Source: Chrysomallon squamiferum
Lineage: Eukaryota > Animalia > Mollusca
Assembly (NCBI GenBank): GCA_012295275.1
Contig: CM022669.1
Coordinates: forward strand, 12,524,001 to 12,588,000
DNA: 64,000 nt
Reading direction: 5' to 3'
A program made the position numbers and the translations under genes. The notes below the pieces were generated by a model. It worked only from the letters and a program-made list of their open reading frames with translations. It was not told the DNA's origin and did no database searches. Positions 58,819 to 64,000 of the stretch are shown here, piece by piece. How positions within the stretch are numbered: the first letter of the stretch is position 1; the number at the start of each line of letters is the position of its first letter.

Positions 58819-60241
58819 GAAGAAGAAGAAGAATGATAACAATGATAACAATAATAATAGTAGTAATATTATTGATGATTGTAATAATACTAGTAGTAAT
58901 AGAACTAATAATAATAAGAAAAATAATGATTATAATGATGATAATGATGATACTTATAATAATACGATGATGATGATAAATAGAGTCATGAGGTACTGGA
59001 ATTGTGATAGTCGACTAATATGTTTAATTTTTGTTTCAAAACTAGAGAATATTTTATTGGAAGAAATGTGTATCAGTACAAGCAAATGCACGAACCATCC
59101 TTTTATGTTAGACTTGGTTATTAATTAAAAGTGAATGGCGAAAAGAAAAACAAACACCATAAAACTAGGAAGTGCCCAGAATAAATTCAGACTATTTCTT
59201 TGTATAAAGGTACACTTTGTAATAATTTATACTTTAATGAAAATGAATTTAGACAGAAAAGAAGTTTCCCTTTTGGTTATTAATTTAATTTAATTTAAAC
59301 TTTTTCTCTTTTACATGATTTCACAACAGAATTATTAACCAAGTCGTTTTCAGCGTGATATTATGTATCCGTCCATACACCGAGTTAATTTGACTCGAAT
59401 ATAAGAAAGAAAAAGCAAAAAGAAAAATCATACACAAAAAACACATGAAAAACAAACCTGACGAAAACCCGTCACAAAACCCCCTTAAGCCGTACAAAAC
59501 AACAACAACAGTAATAAAAAAGAACAACCAAAGAAACAAAGAGAAAGAACCCAGCAAAAAGAAAAAAGAATCAACAAACTACAACCCTGCATGTATCCTC
59601 TGATTCTCATTTTTGTGTCACTGTAATCGTTTAGTAAACGTAACTGCAAAAATTTAAAATAAATGTTTCATATTATAATATTAAAATAAATAAAATTACT
59701 GTGTTATGATATTAAAATAATTAAACTTACAGTGTTGTATTATTAAAATCTTATTGTTTTAAAACATTTGCGATTTGACGGACTTTTTGCTACAACGAAC
59801 ATTCCTTCAATCCTACCATCCGGCTAAATCGAATGATTGTTTACTGAACTATCGTATTTTACTAGTTAATGGACATGAGACATAATTGTAAACAATAACA
59901 TAAAACCTCTTAAGACTATTTAGCATTAGAAAAGTAGAAAAGATTTTTTGTAATATCAGTAGTCACTAATTGCTTAAAGTAAACTGTAATCATTTGTTGA
60001 TATTCCGATTTTCCTTAGTTACTGAAGTAGTTTAAGATTGTTTCAATTCCTTCACTTATCCATTGATTTTTTAAGTTATACTAATTTCATATGTTTTGTT
60101 TGTTACCATTTTCACTCTAGATAAAATTGAAAAGAAAAATATAATTTGAAGAAATTGTATTTATATATATATATAGTATCTTAGTTCTGTTTTAGTTATT
60201 GTTATTATGCAGTACGAGCTTTATCAAGGCTCTGCGTAACT

Positions 60242-60294
<53 letters not shown>

Positions 60295-60394
60295 GGCGCG
60301 CGCGTTGCCAGATGTGTGTGTTTAACTCTATATATTCCTGTCTATGATGAGGAAGATTTAAGAGGACCTTATTTCTGCTTATTTTAATTTTTTT

Positions 60395-61234
60395 ATTTTG
60401 TTAAATCGAACCAGCTGGACAGCTCTATATTGATCTAATTGGCGGAGTAATTATTTCGGTTTATATAAAGATAAAGCATTTTTAAAATTAGGGAGTTTTG
60501 CCTTTAGTTAAAACTAGAGATGGAACATTAGTTAAAGACTGTAAAGATTGGAAGTCTTTCAAAATACAGGTTACAGATGTATTCCTCTTCAATATTAAAA
60601 GAGTTTTCCTTCGAATAAAGATGACAGGTAAAAAATTATAATAAAAAAGTAAAGCAATACATATTGAAAAGAGCATTTAAATAACGCCATTCAGTGACTT
60701 CCATGACTTTACTAAGGAGATGAAGAGAATTCGATAAAGAGAAACACACACACACACACATACACACACACAAACAAACACAAACACACACATACACACA
60801 CACACATATATATACATACACACACACACACATATATATATATACACATACACATACACACCTAGAAATATATAGTTGGACAGATAATTAAAACAATAAA
60901 TAATTGGATTTATTTGGATATAGCAGGAAAATCAGCCGCATTTGTCTTACATTAAACTGTAATTTAATGAAAACCAATGAAGATTAACGAATATAAAAAG
61001 AAAATTATGTTTTGTCTTACGAATTGTGGTACAGAATTGATTTTATTCGACGACACAAAAAACTGTTTACTGAACCTAATCAGAACAAAGGAATAAGTCG
61101 TGAATAAGTCGTACACACAAACATGCACACACAGGTACACACACAGGTACACACACAGGTAGACACACGTATATGTAAGTAAAGAGTATACGTTGGATTA
61201 GGATTGGAATGAGTCACTGGCACTCTCTCTCTCT

Positions 61235-61320
<86 letters not shown>

Positions 61321-61370
61321 CTCTCTCTCTCTCTGTCTCTCTCTCTCTCTCTCTCTCAGTCTCTCTCTCT

Positions 61371-61412
<42 letters not shown>

Positions 61413-61515
61413 CGCTCTCGCTCTCTCTCTCTCTCTGTATGTATGCTTACTACACAAAATATTCTCAGTTATTTACGAAAACATTGTTCGTTAGCACAAT
61501 ACAAGATAAAACAAT
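60395..61515 (+). repeat. Segmental duplication block B: copy of ~32175-33430, including the 3' tip of the 33365 pseudogene
   Basis: Shared GGTTTATATAAAGATAAAGCATTTT, CAAAATACAGGTTACAGATG, CAGAATTGATTTTATTCGACGACACAAAAAACTGTTTACTGAACCTAATCAGAAC and ACGAAAACATTGTTCGTTAGCACAATACAAGATAAAAC. Confidence 0.9.
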
Positions 61516-61521
61516 TTTGAA

Positions 61522-61822
61522 TCTGATTAAAATATTACAGGCGATTAGAAGTGAGAAAAACAAAAAACTGTAGACTCAGAACTCTGTCCACGGCCATATG
61601 TCTGTCACAAATATCATGTACGGTTGCTTAATAAATTCACAGTGACTGAAATATTTTGAATAAGTTGTCTCGAAGCCGTCACCAACACCATCAAAAAAAT
61701 GAGCTGGCAAAACTGCCATTACTGTAATAATCGTGAAAATGACAACAGTTGTTGCACGTTTGGTACAAATAACTTTTATTTCAGGCGGAAACCAAACTGA
61801 GAAACATCGTTCCAACGTTACT
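61522..61822 (-). pseudogene. Internal fragment (TM3-TM5) of a recent duplicate of gene 35271
   Basis: ERCFSVWFPPEIKVICTKRATTVVIFTIITVMAVLPAHFFDGVGDGFE..SKYFSHCEFI is near-identical to gene 35271; both ends are lost by deletion. Confidence 0.9.
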
Positions 61823-64000
61823 AGATTGGTAGATTTGAACTTTTGAAATTTGTATTAATTAATGATTATCGAGGATATATGTTCGTCTTTTTAATTATCA
61901 TGTCATTTCAGACACTAATCGATCAAGAAACGATGCAAGAAATACACCGCGTTTTATTTCCCAAGAGTAAACAATATTTATGTGTAAAATATTGACAATA
62001 GCCGCAGTTTAATGAACACGTAAGATCAAACACGAAACAATATAAATAAATTGATTCAGAGTATAAAATAACTTTTTTTTTTGTTCGTTTCTTCTTCTTC
62101 TTTTTAATCATTGAAGAATATTGATTGGTGACTGTTAATGATTTATGTTTAGAATAAAAATCATTTTCTTACACGGACTAATTAATTCTATGTTTTTAAT
62201 TTGGAAAGAATCATATCTTCCTTTTGAAATATGTTATGCAATACTTTCAAGTTATCTTTTTTCTGTCCAGTCTTAAATAACGTCGTCTAAAGAGTTGAGT
62301 TTTACAACATCAGAGCGCTACCGTAATTTTAGTGTATTCATTACGTGCTTGCGCATAACTTGTATATATTTATGCATGTGTGAGGGTGTGTGTGTCTATA
62401 TATGTGTATATATATGTATGTATGCTTGTGTGTGTTTATGCATATATGTACAATTAGCTGAAAAAAGTATTTAAGAGATATGTGTCTGTGTATATGTGTG
62501 TGTGTGTGTGTGTTTTAGATTATATAATCTCATTAAAGCGATAGAACAGACTAATGTTAATATAGTCAAGGGAGACAATGCTAGGCAATTTGTATATAAC
62601 ATTAGGTTTTATCTCAGACAAAGAAACTAACATAGCTATGCATGTTCTGTATGAATATCTTAATTAGACAGGTCAGTCAAAGTAACAAATTGAAAAAAAC
62701 AAACAAACAAAAAAACAGTTTTGTCACCGGTAAAATATCAGCAATTTCTTCTTTCACAGAGTAGATAAAGAAAAAAATAAATTATTTTGATGTAGAAACG
62801 CCAGTTACTTTAAATCGATAGTGAGAGTAACCGTACGAAACATTTCTTTCCTTCCATCCGTTTCTTTATAAATTATTTTACAGTTTGTTCTAAACAGCAG
62901 ACATCAGATTTCGAGGTAAAAGCAACAGACAAACGTTCTTCGTTCATTTCAGTTTCCTTACATCATTTTGGGACTTTGGTTTTTTGGGAGTTTGTATGTG
63001 TGTGTGTATGTATGTATGTACGTATGTATGTATATATGTATATATGTATGTATGTATGTATGTGTACATATGTGTACAAAACAAAACAATAACAGCTATG
63101 AAAAGAACAGCAGTAAGAAAAAAAGCAAAACAAAACAACAAAACAAGAAAACAAGAAGAAAACAACATTTTGGCAGTAGTGGAGAATACAACAAATATAA
63201 TAAGGAAACTAGCAGAATAACAAATAAAATAAAACAGTATTATATTATTTAAAACCGACCAAAACAAACAAACGAGCAGCCACTAACAAGAAGTATCTGG
63301 GTTTTTAGTAAACACTGGTTTAATACACTGACTTGACTACGTAACAAGATCTTCAAAAGTCAAGTCTATATCTTCTTATTTGCACATTTCCATCCAAGAA
63401 TATATCAAAGTAGATAGTTTTAATAATTAAGAAATATTTTTGTTCTTCTTCTTCTGCTTCTTCTTCTTATTTTTATTACTTTTTTTTTCACTAATAACAT
63501 TATCGTTACAAGAAATAAAGAATAACATATAATCATTTTTGGTTTATTTTGACAGCTTTATTTAATTTAAACATTTTCATTTGCAGTGATACATCTGTGA
63601 AAAGCTATTTAAACACACTGAAAGCCTAGACGCTTAGGAATCATAAAAAGAAAATAAAAGTGATTTTTAAATCGTTTATGTTACATGCTACTTCACAGCC
63701 ATGTCCGAAGATTACGTTGTGTTCTAAATTAATTATAAGTCTTTTTATTTACTTTCAGATTAAATAAGTTAGATGACTGTGTTAAAACAAATACCTCTAA
63801 AACAAGGTTACCTACGAAAATACAGTCTGTGTCACGTACAGCACTGACTTGTTATTTGCGAAACATCGTCAGAGATAGAAAAACTGGACCAGACTCTGTA
63901 CACGTACCTGAGTGCGCGGACCGCTGAAATACTCATCTAGTGACGCTGATCTCATATACCTACTTTAATATATCAGTGATTGACAGTGATGTTAATGAGT

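Overview
AT-rich, microsatellite-dense animal genomic DNA. It is most likely a mollusc, but that is inferred from the receptor family and repeat style, not proven. The window holds a tandem cluster of class A (rhodopsin-like) GPCR genes with intronless coding sequences, of the FMRFamide-receptor-like/Srw-type group (TM3 'VTLERC', TM7 'NNCINFVLYC'). There are four intact genes (1779-2894 -, 22514-23554 +, 35271-36317 -, 42170-43210 -), one full-length copy broken by a single extra base (30414-31455 -), and about a dozen decayed pseudogenes or fragments. The right half is a mosaic of internally deleted segmental duplications. Also present: two TA-flanked Tigger/pogo-type non-autonomous transposons, a decayed PIF/Harbinger-like element, a SWIM-protein fragment, several minisatellites and an imperfect palindrome of about 1 kb. 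The most interesting signal is a receptor array under birth-and-death evolution, with hypervariable extracellular segments, near-invariant intracellular segments, apparent gene-conversion mosaicism and a shared upstream GC-box element. This fits a lineage-specific chemoreceptor repertoire. Boundaries of decayed features were read by eye and are approximate.
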